Source of the DNA: Lama guanicoe
Lineage: Eukaryota
Assembly (NCBI GenBank): GCA_013239625.1
Contig: MU053472.1
Span: 2,125,236-2,189,235 of the forward strand
Direction of reading: 5' to 3'
DNA: 64,000 nucleotides
In this document: piece after piece, positions 12,330 to 24,340 of the stretch
Layout of the letters: each line of letters starts with the position of its first letter
How positions within the stretch are numbered: position 1 is the stretch's first letter
Program-made: the position numbers and the translations under genes
Notes under the pieces: model-generated
The model's input: only the letters and a program-made list of their open reading frames with translations
What the model was told of the DNA's origin: nothing
Databases searched by the model: none

Positions 12330-12665
12330 TATTTACTTTCATACTTTCCAATTATATTTTCTAAGTGGTGGGTTACTGAGAAATCATAAGAAAACAGTTT
12401 TTACGTTGTAAATAGGTACTGTTACTCTCTCGGTTTTAACAGTTTTTATTTGGTCCTCTTGGACTTCCTTGTTGAACAAGCTTATCATTGGCAAATATTG
12501 ATCATCTTGCTACGTCTCTCCTCCCTCCCTCCCTCCTTCCCTTCCTTTCTATCTTTTTGTTGGGTAGAATTTGCTTTAACAACAATGATAAATAAGTGTA
12601 AGGATAGTGGACTTTCTTGTCTTGACCCTGACCTCTACTGAAATTCTTCTAGTGCTTTATCCTTA
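12330..12665 (-). mobile_element. Ancient L1 ORF2 fragment
   Basis: aacaatgataaataagtgtaaggatagtggactttcttgtcttgaccctgacc resembles antisense L1 RT region. Confidence 0.55.
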
Positions 12666-12739
12666 TGTTTTCTTTTATGTATTTGATTATCACATCTGTT
12701 CCCATTTGTTCTGTTCTCCCCAGCAGCATCATTTATCCA

Positions 12740-13110
12740 CTGAGCTCTATATCTACCATATTCTCTCCCATTGTTGGTCGTCTCTTTTCCCTGGCATGCT
12801 AACTGACTTCTCTCATAGCTTAACCAGTGCCCTGTACACTAAGGATTCCCAAGTCCAGAGACAAATTACTTCTCTCTTGAGGACCAACATCTGTATTCCT
12901 ATTGCTATCTGGGTACTGTTATCTGAGGTCCTATGGATGCTTCAAGCTTGACATGCTCAAAATTGAACTCTTCTCCCACAGGAAAATCTCCTCCTGTGTG
13001 TGCTCAGCAGAGGCATCTGATGATTTACCAATCACCTGGTCACCTGAACTGGAAAACTTGGAGTGAAAGTCATCTCCTCGCTTCTCCTGCCTCTCCTTTT
13101 CACATACAAT
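12740..13110 (+). mobile_element. L2 LINE fragment
   Basis: caagcttgacatgctcaaaattgaactc (L2 RT KLNMSKTEL-like) and aaaacttggagt...tcatctcctc. Confidence 0.7.
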
Positions 13111-14665
13111 AGACATGCAGATGGTTTTGTTAACTAAGGCCAAAAGAGTGGACTAGCAAATCAGAGACTCTCATGTGCAAGATGTCATGACGATGTGAAG
13201 TAAGACGTGGTCCTCACAGTTGCAGTGATGTGAAATAATACTATTAAAAAAGCACCTGACTGTAGCCACTTCTACATAGGGAAGCTGCCAAATTGATTTT
13301 CAGGATACATAACAGTATTGTTTAGGAAAGCACTTTGATGGGAATTCTTGGCTGAGAAAGAATCAGTCTAGATGCACTGGAGCGCTGAATCTCTCTGTGG
13401 AAGAAAGGGAGAGGACGTGAATTGCTGTAGAGCATCACTGTGGAAGAGATGGGGTAGGACCACAAGCTAGAGATGTCCAGAGATACGAGGAGGGACTAGG
13501 GAGATGGCAGTAAGTGGGAACCCAAGGAAAGAAAGTTCCTTCTGTCTGGAAAAACTTCTCTGTAATGGGGATGGCTTGCGGACTTTAAGACAGTGATGTT
13601 CACATTCAGGTGGTGTGCTATGTTGTGTTATGTTGTTAGCCTGTCTATGTCTCCCATAAAAATCTGCTCTTCATAACAGCCTGGTATAAGTGGTGTTGAA
13701 GGAAGCTAAGGGTGAGGGCAATGAAAAAAAAATGAAGTTTTCTCCACACCACCCTCCTTGAGGCCAGAGTGGCTGGGAGTAGCTGTGTGTGGAGGAAGGA
13801 TAATTCGAGCGTGTATCCTTGAAACGGAAGCCCTTTTCCTCAGGATATCAGAAGAAAGTGATCTTTGAAAGGGGGCAGGCAGGCATACACTTGGGTTGCA
13901 CTTACACTCTATTAGGGGAAGATGACACGAGTAAAATCATAACCATGATACAACGCAGTGTAAAACACATGCCGTCAGTGTGGTGCCTACAGAGAACAGA
14001 CTAGGACAACAGAAACATTGAAAATCACCATATCAAGGGAGGGCTTTGATACTAACGAAAGTGGAATGAGACAGAAGTATCTCAATGTATACATCATAAA
14101 AGCAATGTGCATACCAACAACGCACAAATAAATGTGCTGTGAGTTTACTTTAAAAGGTAGCAATGATTTCTGCAACAGTAAATTTAAGAGCACATTTTAA
14201 AAAGTAAAACATAACACTCAAGTCCTGTTGATTGAATGAATGAATGAATGAATGAAGAAATTGTTGAAGTAATTCAGAACGGGAAAGTGATCAATGAACC
14301 AGTGCAACTGATCAAGAAGGAAAGATTGTAAAATCAAGGAATGAATGGCTTACAAAAAGCATCTGAGGTCCTGAACTGGTACATGTACTAAAAGCTAAAT
14401 TTGACTGAAAAAAGGAACGAGCAGCACAGAAGCCGGGGAGTCTCATTACCAAGATCACAGATTCCGGTGCCAGCCAGGGTTGATGGAAAGATTGGCCAAG
14501 GAGAAAGGCCCTAGAAAGCTTCTGAAACTCTGTGATTAAAAAGCAATAAAAATGGAATTGGGAGCTTTTAACCACAACACCACTGCAGCTGCCCCTGAGT
14601 CATTCTGATCATAGCTGGCTATTCTGAATAGGTTATGGTGACTAAGAAATACCTGAGGAGGAGTG

Positions 14666-14711
14666 GTGTGTGTGTGAGTGTGTGTGTGTGTGTGTGTGAG
14701 TGTGTGTGTGT
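14666..14711. repeat. (TG)n microsatellite, interrupted
   Basis: About 46 bp of gtgtgt... with two ga interruptions. Confidence 0.95.
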
Positions 14712-15224
14712 TTGACAGAGACAGAGAGAATATGAATGAATGTCTACATGGCATTTGCGAGTGAAATTTTGTGACTCACAAAATGAAAATCAGAACGTTC
14801 AATTGTACTCTGTTGTAAGTGAGTCTCCCTAAGATTTTGTGCTCGTGAAAAGAATACTGGCTTTTCATTTGAGAAATGCATGGAACATGGTGAGTGAGTT
14901 CAGCTGGAATGGTTAAGTACATGGTGTTAATATTCATGAGAATTTTAAAATAAGAGAGAAAAAAATCAGAAGCTCTGGCCAAAAATCACTTGTCTATGAT
15001 AGTCTTCACATTGGCCAAATGTCCAGGTGCAAGTCTGGGGAGATTGGGGGAGGGAAGGTTTTTGGCCAAAGATCAGAGGTGGGCTGAGCAGGCTGACTGC
15101 TGTTAAAGGACAGCCCTTCCCAAGGTGAAGGAATACACGTTCTTGACAGCTGTGCGTCAAGCAGGCGCTTGATCTGTAGAATCTCACCGAGTCTATCAAG
15201 GGAATGAGGCAAGTGCGATTGTCT

Positions 15225-15330
15225 TCATTTAACAGACAGGAAGACTGAGGGTCTGAGAGCTTACACGGTGGATAAGGATTCGAACCCGGTTTAGATTCCA
15301 GGTTTGTTGGCTCCATATTACCACGCCACC
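15225..15330 (-). mobile_element. MIR SINE
   Basis: catttaacagacaggaagactgaggg...ggattcgaacccgg. Confidence 0.6.
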
Positions 15331-15689
15331 ATAAACCCTAAGTAAGGGTAAGGATTCCTTTTTACAATTTTTTACTGACGCTTAGAACAGAAAAACCTTT
15401 CTGAGACTCTGATGGTTGTTTGACACTAAGCAGAATTCCCCCAGAACAGGTGAAAGTTATCAACAAAAGCCTGTACTTTTTGAGAGCCTCTAGAGACAGA
15501 CTCCTGCTTTGGAAAAAAAAAATGTGTAAAATAAACTGAATCAACTCCAGATCCATCCCAACCAATACTATCCAAGAGGGACTAGCAGAGCCATTCACAA
15601 AGGGCGAACTGAAATCCAGTTTATTTTCCCTCCTGTGAGAAAGAATCATGCAAGAAAAGAACAAAGATGGTAAAAAAAAAAAAAAACTG

Positions 15690-16745
15690 TGTTAAAACTT
15701 CTGCTTATCAAAGTCAGCATAAAAAAGAGAAAAGACAAGTCAGTACTATACTTGCAACACAACAAGTGACAAAGCTAAAGCGCATAGAAAAAGATTCTAC
15801 AAATTAATAAGAAAAAGACAAACAATCCCATACAGAATCAGGCAAAAGACTTAAACATGCGCCTCACAAAAGAACGAATATGATTGACTAATGAACATAT
15901 GAAGAGATGCTTAACCTCATTAGAATCAGGGAAATGCAAATTAGAATCACAAAGAGATAACATTCCACATTCATTAGATTGCCAAAATTTAAACTGTCAA
16001 ATAAAATCAAGAATTTAAAAGGATATGGAGCAAGTGGAACAAATACAAGCTGCTGGTGGTTGTGTATAACCATTTGGAAAACAATTTGGCATTCTTTGGA
16101 ATACTGAAGGTGTGCAAACTCTATGGCCTGGCAGAAATGAATTTCTGGAGAAATGCTCATCATGTTCCCCAAGGGGCAGGTATAGTAATGTTCAAAGCAG
16201 AACTGTTTGCAACAGCAAAACATTGGAATCAACCCAAACATCTAAGAGGACAATGGTTAAATGCATTTTCGCACTGGAATTTGACACAACACTGTAAAAT
16301 GATTATGAATCAATAAAAAATGTTAAAAAAATGCATTTTCGTATAGGAAAACAAGGGAATATTATACAGCAGTGAAGATGAATTTAGCCATGTATATCAA
16401 CATGAGTGAATACTGTAAGCATGAATGAAACACGCTGCAGAAGAACACATACAGTATGATGCCATTTTCATAAAGCTCAAAAGGGAAAACTGAGAAGTTT
16501 AGGAATATGTACTCAGATAGGTGAGCCACATGCTAGAGAAAAATCAAGGAGTAATAAAAAATCAGGACAGGGCAACCTCCAGGAAAGAGGGAACAGAATT
16601 TGAAATGAGGGAGGAGCACACAGGGGTCTTTTGGGGGTACAGATGGTGTTCTTTTCTTAGCCTGTGTTTTGGTTGCATAAGCTTTTATGTTAGTATTCTT
16701 CTGCCTAATACATGCTTTATATGCATTCTTTTGAATGCATAATTA
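15690..16745 (+). mobile_element. L1 ORF2 3' end plus 3'UTR (L1ME-like)
   Basis: catatgaagagatgcttaacctcattagaatcagggaaatgcaaatt; tacaaccatttggaaaacaatttggca; A-run at about 15671-15686. Confidence 0.85.
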
Positions 16746-18379
16746 AAAGCATGAAGAAACAAATATTATTAAGGGCTTGGAAACACATTCATTTCACCAG
16801 GAGCCTCACTAACTTCCCCTCCCTAATCAGTTAGCATTCACCAAACACTTTTACTTTGCCTTAATGACTCCCTTTGGAATGGAATTTGCAGTGGATAAAA
16901 GGATTAGACAGCAGTAGGTAGAATTGTTAACTGTTGGTAGATCAGCAGTTTGCTTTTGACATTTAAAAAGTAAAAGCTAAACTTCAGGTTTGAGTGACGC
17001 CTAAATGGACATGGACGTTTTAGTAGTGGCTCCTTTAATGAAGATGTTTCTGAAAAATCCCTTTGTTGATAGAAAACTGGTTTCCAGAGATAGAAACCAT
17101 GTTGGCAGCTTGGGACTGAGGCTCAGAGCCATGGATTCTTCTCCTGGCTTCCAAACCAGGTCCCACAGCCAGACATTCCCTCTCTCTCCCCTGAGATAAG
17201 CTTTAGCTCCCCAGGTCCATCAGACTGCTTGGGAACCAGGGGTACCTCCTGCCCAGGGCCCAGGAGGTCCCACACGGTGGCTGCCCTGCCCCTGCTCTGC
17301 CCTCCCTCCTGCCGAGGCATATGCTGTCATTTCTCCTCCTCCTTAGATGCAGAACTCCCAGCCCTTGACAAGACCAGACTCTTCTAACCTCCTGCAGGTC
17401 AGGCTGACTGTTATAAGGAGTCAAGTTGCCTGTGCATTACTTACGTGAACTAAATCATTGGATTCAACTCTCACAACTCTCAAGGACCCCTGCCATCCCT
17501 GTAGAATTATTAACTCGTACTCACTTGTCCGATCTCTCAAACATTGGGGCTTATAACGTCACTTGCGGGAGCTTTCTCTTGGGAATTTATTTTTCACTTT
17601 TATATTTAACCTTATATTTTGAATGTCTTTGTAGTTTCAGTGGCCAGTGAGAGGTCTTAGGGGAAGAGAAGAGTGGGTAGAAATCTTAGAATGAGGCTAG
17701 AGGACTTCTCACTAGTGGCGGCCATAGACTCACATCTCTGAGTTATTAATAAGTTGCTATCGATAAAGGTCAGTCTATTATATGTCAGGCTGTGTTGACA
17801 GATAATTATCTTTTCTGCTTGTACCAAACCTACAAGGAAAGTCTAATTGAGGTACAAATGCATATTAGTCAAGCTCCAATAACCTATAAAACCCTGAATC
17901 AATAGCTGACTCCAACCCTCTACGAAGCTGCCTCCAGTTGGAAATCCGAACGTCTTTTAGGGGGAGAACAGCTCCAGTCCCTGGTCGTGAGTGGCAGTGA
18001 AGGTCACGTGCAATAATACGATATTCCATTCACTTCCACTGCCCTCCTTCAGTGGGTAGGGAATCCGTATTTCTGGTGGAACACTATTGCTTTTTCAAAG
18101 CCCATTTTCTGCATATTGACAGAGGCAGGCTTTTGCTGCCTATAGACCAGCAGCTTAGAAACCCATTTTTACCAAATGAAGTTTTGGGGGGTATTTATAG
18201 AAGTCCCCCAAATGTCTGAAACTAGAAACGTCTCTATTTTTGAGCACACAAGAACAGCTAAGAGACTGGATGCCAAACTTCAGCCCAGAGTGAATTTTTA
18301 TGACTTGAGCTGTAAGCCTATGAAATTAGGGGTTTAAAATGGAAACGCTGACACAATCTTTGCACTTGGTGGAAGGCTG

Positions 18380-18810
18380 AGCGCTGGTGGGGGCGGGGCG
18401 GTCCTCGCGCTGCTGCTGGCCTCTGCCGGGCCGGGAGACTTCCTGTCCAGCTTGCTTTACTTTGGGGCCTCTTGTTCTCCTCTCAGATCTCCCAAGCCTC
18501 TCTCTGGCTCAACGAAGAAAGGCGGCTCAGACTCAGGCCCATCTGGAGATGTTCAGTGTGAGGCCTGGACCGGCCGCAGGGCCCCGCCTGCGGAAGCCTT
18601 GCTGGTTTCCAAGCTCTCTGGCGCCGCCCTGGACGGCTGTCTACCAGGCCCTCCCGACCTCACATCTCCCGAGTGGTCCAAAGTGGTACTGCACCCAGCC
18701 GTCACCCTAGGGCCAACCGCGGCCTTCCTGTACATCCTTCCCGTGATGCGGAAGGGCACCATCCCTAAAATATCCGGGGCTCTCCCTGATTTGCCCCCCA
18801 GTGGCTTTTC
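18380..18810. promoter_or_regulatory. GC/CpG-rich promoter- or enhancer-like patch with CTCF-like site
   Basis: GC box GGGGCGGGGC 18390-18399, ETS ACTTCCTGT 18438-18446, CTCF-like GCCACTGGGGGGCAA on the minus strand at 18791-18805. Confidence 0.45.
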
Positions 18811-18954
18811 ACTGGTGCTGAGCTGGCATCCTCCCAAAGGAAAACCCCAATCAGAAGAGTTTTCCTTCATGGCGGCAACAGTGACAGGTATGATTGATAC
18901 CTGCCTGAAAGTTACCTCCAGTCAGCACAGCTTTAAGCACGCGGACTTCGTCGG

Positions 18955-19370
18955 ACTCCTTGGATTCAAATCCTCGCAGTCCCTACCTCACAAAGTTGTC
19001 TTGAAGATGAAATGAGGTAATATAGGCAAAGTGCTTGACCCTTGCTGGGGGGGTACTGGGTGAGGGTAGGGCTCTCGTACCCTGAATCAAGAGGGGGGTC
19101 AGGAAGAACGAGGGCTGGCTCTGGGAAGGCTGTGTGTGAGTGAACCCAAGGGACAGAAGAATGGAAATTGATAAAAAAAATAAAATTTTATTTGTATGGT
19201 ACTTACAGTATATGGTCTCATAATTTAAACAGAGCATCTCTGTAAGGTAGTTATCTCCATTTTTACAGATTGAGGCTTAGAGAGCTGAAGTGACTTGGCC
19301 AAGGTCATAGAGTCAGGGCTTGAACCACGCCCTGATTCTAAGTTTGGTGCTTTTTTCATTATCCCATAAA
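18955..19370. mobile_element. MIR fragments (+ at about 18955-19040, - at about 19200-19370)
   Basis: ggattcaaatcct...ctacctcacaaagttgtcttgaagatgaaatgagg; ccatttttacagattgaggcttagagag...gtgacttggccaaggtca. Confidence 0.7.
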
Positions 19371-20358
19371 TTTTATGGGACAATAAGGACTAGCTAGTGG
19401 TGATGGTACGAGTTCTCAGTTTAAAAGACTGATTTTATACTTTTAAAAAGACTCACTATCCAAGAAAGTGTATCTCATTTCTTTATCACTGAGGATCCCA
19501 GAAAGTACTTTGGAATCGGTGCAAAGCTCAAATGAGCACAAAAGTTTTTAAAAGGAATGAAATCAAGCTGTCTAACTTAATTGCTTTTTCCTTCATACAT
19601 GCTCCAATTTGAGCTTCAGTCATTTTCTTTCCTCAGTGATTGTCTTATAAAACCTTTTGTCCCATGATCAGAATTTAATTAGAAAACAATAGCAGAAAAC
19701 AACATAAAAACAAAGGAAACAACGAGGAAATATTGCATAACTCAGTAAAATGTGCTTAGATATTTGATGTCCATATAGATACGGGCCTGAAGTAATTAGA
19801 CACAAAACCCTAGCTCGCTACAGCTAGAAAGGAAGGTATGACATGACACGGAGTATCAGTTCTCCTGCACAGTGGAGAGGACTTCAGGTTGTTTCAACCA
19901 GGAAACTATTTTCTTCCTCAAAAGAAGGAACAGAGAGAGACAGAGAGAGTGAACACAAACAAGTGAGAGCATGAGATCTCAAAGCTGTGCAAGATACGGA
20001 GTGGATGGTGAGGCATGCATTTTGTAGGGAGCACAGTGGAAAAAAATGAACCTTCATATGTTATAGCTTTAAATGGTTCTGTTCAGGAGCAGATGTGGAA
20101 CAGTTTTGCTAGTGCTGTGGAAATACAGTTCAAAGGAACTGCAGTTAAAGAGTAAACTTTGAGCCATTGCAGACAAAGAAGCTGAAAATTCTCTGCGATT
20201 AGTTACAAGCGTTTGGACAAGGTTGAAAAGTGAGAACCACAAGACAGAATGGGACACAGAAGTGGGCGGGCAGTGTCCTGCCAGATGGTGGAAGAAGAGG
20301 GTCAGAACAGGACCAAAAGAGAGCCATCCCACGAGGGCTTAATGTCAGAAATAAATTA

Positions 20359-20486
20359 GGGGGAGGGTATAGCTCAAGTGGTAGAGTGCATGCTTAGCGT
20401 GCACAGCATCCTGGGTTCAATCCCCAGTACCTCCTCTAATTAATCTCCCCCCCAAAAAACTAAATAAAGTCACCTAGAAAACATAA
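20359..20486 (+). mobile_element. tRNA-Ala-derived camelid SINE (Vic-1 type)
   Basis: GGGGGAGGGTATAGCTCAAGTGGTAGAG...GGTTCAATCCCCAGTACCTCC plus A-rich tail; probable degenerate TSD agaaataaatta (20347-20358) / agaaaaaatta (20487-20497). Confidence 0.88.
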
Positions 20487-21094
20487 AGAAAAAATTAATT
20501 ATTTATTACCATAATTGTGTTTATAGATTTATGTTTTAATTAACTATTTGATAAAATACAGTTCATTCTGTAGTACATAGTTGTTCTCAAAAGATCCTTT
20601 TTCAAGTCTTTATGAAGACTTGAGTTCAAACAGACAAAACCCTTTAACTATTGATTCTACTCAAACAAACTGGATTCCAGCTCACAGAATAGTTAAGACT
20701 TTATGTCAAAAGTCAGCAGAGAGGATAGCTCAGAATTGTGCCTGATTAAGGATGCACCACACTTGAGGCCACATACATGGTACTAATGTTTGTGTTGTTG
20801 ACTTCCTATGCTATGGTCTTGGCAAAATTGCCTTATCATTTTGGTGTTTTTCTTCCTTTTTTCCGTTTATGGGCGAGAAGTTATAGTGACACTCCATCTC
20901 TCAGCTTCTCACGGTCTTACCCTTCTGTGGTCTCACGGCTACCCATTCCCTGACATATTCCAAAATTTATACCATTAGACCATATATCTCACCTGAGCCA
21001 GTCAGCAAGTTAATCTGTCCAGAAACACAGTGGAAAATCAGGAAGAAAGGAAAAATGAAGGGTAAAGTAAAGAAAGAGAATGAAATTTTACGTG

Positions 21095-21350
21095 TAACCT
21101 ACTATGAGTCTAGAACTCCACTATATACTTTGTATAGAAATATATATATAAGCATATGTACACATATATATTTCTTTTTTTAATCATTGTGATTCTACGA
21201 TACAGGTTTTATTTTCTCTGTTTTAAAGATGATAAATCTGCTGTTCAGAGAGCTCAAGTAACTTGCCCAAGGTCACACAACCAACAAGTAGAGGCGTTAA
21301 AATTCAGATTTAGGTCTAACTCCCGAACTCATACTCTTTCCACTGTACAC
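21095..21350 (-). mobile_element. MIR SINE
   Basis: gttcagagagctcaagtaacttgcccaaggtcacacaac. Confidence 0.75.
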
Positions 21351-21636
21351 GCTGTTTTCTGAAAACATCTCTGAATAACCAAGACTTGTGTTACAAAGTA
21401 TGAGCCCAAAGTAGGTGATCACGTACTCAACGTAAGACATCTAAAACCTTCATACAGAACTTGGTTGCTCTGATTTTACATGTAATTCTAAGTCATGGTT
21501 GCCTGGTTTCTAAGTCCAGAGCTGATTAGAAAGAAGTAGCAAATTAAAAATTGGGAGAAGGGTTTTTGCGAGAAAAAACAAATGACAGCTTGATGGTAAA
21601 ATCACATTAAAAAGCAGATATAAGAGTAAAAGCACA

Positions 21637-21778
21637 GTGGGGAGGGTATAGCTCAGTGGTAGAGCACATGCTCCAGCATGCATGAGGTCCTGGGTTCAAT
21701 CCCCAGTACTTCCTCTAAATAAATAAATAAACCTAATCACCACCCCCCCCAAAAACAAACAAACAAACAATTTTTTTA
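21637..21778 (+). mobile_element. tRNA-Ala-derived camelid SINE (Vic-1 type)
   Basis: Intact A and B boxes, (AAAT)n/(AAAC)n tail; 15-bp TSD aagagtaaaagcaca (21622-21636) / aagaataaaagcaca (21779-21793), one mismatch. Confidence 0.9.
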
Positions 21779-21834
21779 AAGAATAAAAGCACAAAGGTGA
21801 ATAAAAGCTTCACACGAAGTGATAACAATACTAA

Positions 21835-22195
21835 ATCACTATCATTTGAATAGTATCTATTATGTGTCAGGCTCTGTACTAGATGCAGTGACTTTTAAAA
21901 CTCAGAGCATTTCCATTTTTATTTGTTTACAATGGGGCTCTGAGTAAGATTTCATTTGTAAAAAGAATTTTGGGGTGAGAAATACTTAAAAACCACTGCA
22001 TTGTATCACTAATTATCAAATCATGACTATGAAGTTTCATTCTACCATCCCCATTTTATAGATGAGAAATCAGAGCTCAAAAACTTTAAGAAATTTGCCC
22101 AACATCACGTAGCTATGAAGAGCAGAAGCCGGTATTCAAACCCAAGTCTGTGGACTTCAGAGCCTGGGATTTTTCCACTGTCATGCTGCCTCCAC
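21835..22195 (-). mobile_element. MIR interrupted by a small hAT-Charlie MITE (21886-21998)
   Basis: MIR motifs cccattttatagatgagaaa...aatttgcccaacatcac...ggtattcaaacccaagtctg; the insert is bounded by CAGTG...CACTG. Confidence 0.65.
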
Positions 22196-23769
22196 ATTCA
22201 GAGCATGGCTATGAGTCACTAAAAGAAGATTATCTTGTAACTGTTACAAAAGCCAGGGAAATTGCATTGGTTACAATAATGGAAAAGTGGTACTTAAATG
22301 GCAAGCACCTAGCTACCTGGAAATCTAAACTCTCCAGAATGATCAGATACATAATAACACAAAAGTGACCGTGTAATCAGGCTCCTTACACGTTCCCCAA
22401 CTTTATCTTCACCTCAGTCTGTCTTTCTAGTAGATGACCTTACACGGTCCTGTCAAAAATCCGATCCCGGAAGGATTTTGTCACAGGAATCATGAGAACT
22501 GCACACTTTTCAGTTGGGGTATGTTTTCTCCTGTCTTTGTGGCAATGATTTTATTGAACTATTGTTCATTAGTAGAATCCGTACAAACACATAAACATAA
22601 TTTATGGCTTATTATTAATAAAAGCGTATTTTTCATAGGAAAATAATCTGTGGGCTGCAGAAGCAGTAGCTTTCATGACATCTTTCTCACGATGTTGTAG
22701 GAGGGAAAAGGAGCGGTTATAAATCATCCCCTAAATCCCCTAAAGGTTGAAAGGTAAGTAGTAACCAGTCATCTTCAGAACTCATTGGATTTACAAGTTT
22801 ATCCTTGAATAGGTTCATGACTGAGAGGAAGCCTCATTAATCTTAATCATATCAATCTGAGTACCCAGTAAAGTTAGGTCAGAAATGGCTGCTATCAGAG
22901 GCAGTCAGGACATACTTCAGACAAGAATGCACTCACTTCTTAGACTCACATACCCAGGCCAGATAACAGTCGGGGATTTAGGAGAGATTCGCTGGAGACA
23001 CAGTCTCAATAAAGACAATAGCTGGAGAGAGGATCCCAGAGCCAAACACACAGCTAATAAAACCACCGAGGTGCAGGGTCAGACCAGAGTTAACCGCAGA
23101 GCCATCCAGAACCCCTATTGGCTCTATTTAAAAAAAAAAAAAAAAGGCAACAAAAACCTTGTGTGCAACAAGTGGCCAATTTGGAGCTCCAGCAGGTAAA
23201 CTATGATTGTCCCAGGAGATAGAGATGGCTGTCATTAAAGTCAGGGAGAACTCTGCTCTGAGCCCCTCATTTAGATGGGGGTGGGGGGAGATTAACACAA
23301 GATGGTGAAGGAAAGAGCAGGGAGGATACGGGAAACCACATAACGCAGACAGATTTTTGCTTTTGTTGGAGGATCTAAACTCTATCAACGTTTAGATTGA
23401 CCTGATCAGAGAAGTGAAAAAGAATCACCCATCACACAGTGGAGTGAACAAAACCACTCAGGTTAGGATTTTTTTCAATTTCTTAACCTCGTGAAAAAAC
23501 ATGAAACTTTCCAGGAAACTTCCGGGTAGATGGTCTGTCCTCCGCCCACCTCTCCAACTCAGATAGCTCGGTCACTTACCCTTGAATCTCTCCTAGAGGC
23601 TGCAAGCTCCTGGTGGGCAAAGAAATCATATTTTATTTATCTGTGTGTTTCCTACAAAGCCTAGTACAAAACATGCTGTAGGCTCTCAATACACCTCCGT
23701 GGGTTTTAACCACCCTCTCCATGCCCCTCAGAAGGCATTCTCCCTCTTTCGTTGTTATCACCAACAAAA

Positions 23770-24030
23770 CCCTTTATATAAAATTCATGCACCATATCAT
23801 TCACCTATTCAAAGTGTACAACACATTGATTTTTAGTGTATTTACAGAGTTGTCAACCACCACCATAATCAATTTGGGGACATTTTCATACCTCAAAAAT
23901 AAGCCCTGTATCCCTTAGCACTCACCACCTTACTCCCCACACACCCCCACCCTAGGCACCCATTAATTGCTTCTTGTCCCTTTAGGTTTGCCTCTTCTGG
24001 ACATTTCATGTAAATGCAATCATACGATCC
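23770..24030 (-). mobile_element. L1 3' end (L1MB-like)
   Basis: attcacctattcaaagtgtacaac...tttttagtgtatttacagagttgtcaacc...ttctggacatttcatgtaaatgcaatcatac. Confidence 0.85.
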
Positions 24031-24340
24031 AACTGGGTTCTAACTCCAGATTTTCTACTTACCAACAATATGGACTTGAAAAGTCCTTTTTTCTCTAGGA
24101 TTAAGTTTCCGTTTTTGTAAAAAGAGGACCAGTTCATCCTAGAGGACTTCTGTGGCTGCAGGATTGATTTTAAATTCCAGTTCTCTCATTAACCTGAGTA
24201 AATCCTTTACTCTCTCTGAAGCGAGTTTCCTTATTTCTAAAATGGGTACAATCACATCTCAATTTGCAGAGCTGCCTTAAGAATAGACTAACATATGCAT
24301 AATTATTGGCATGTGGTGGGCTCTCAATCAATGAGCTTCA
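24030..24340 (+). mobile_element. MIR fragments
   Basis: gggttctaactccag...; agtttccttatttctaaaatggg. Confidence 0.55.

Noticed and set aside
18452..19015. 187-aa ORF
   Set aside because: TTG start, GC-rich patch, ends inside a MIR, and no homology I can recognise.
19362..19380. Inverted repeat tcccataaa-t-tttatggga
   Set aside because: AT-rich 9-bp arms are within chance expectation for 64 kb.
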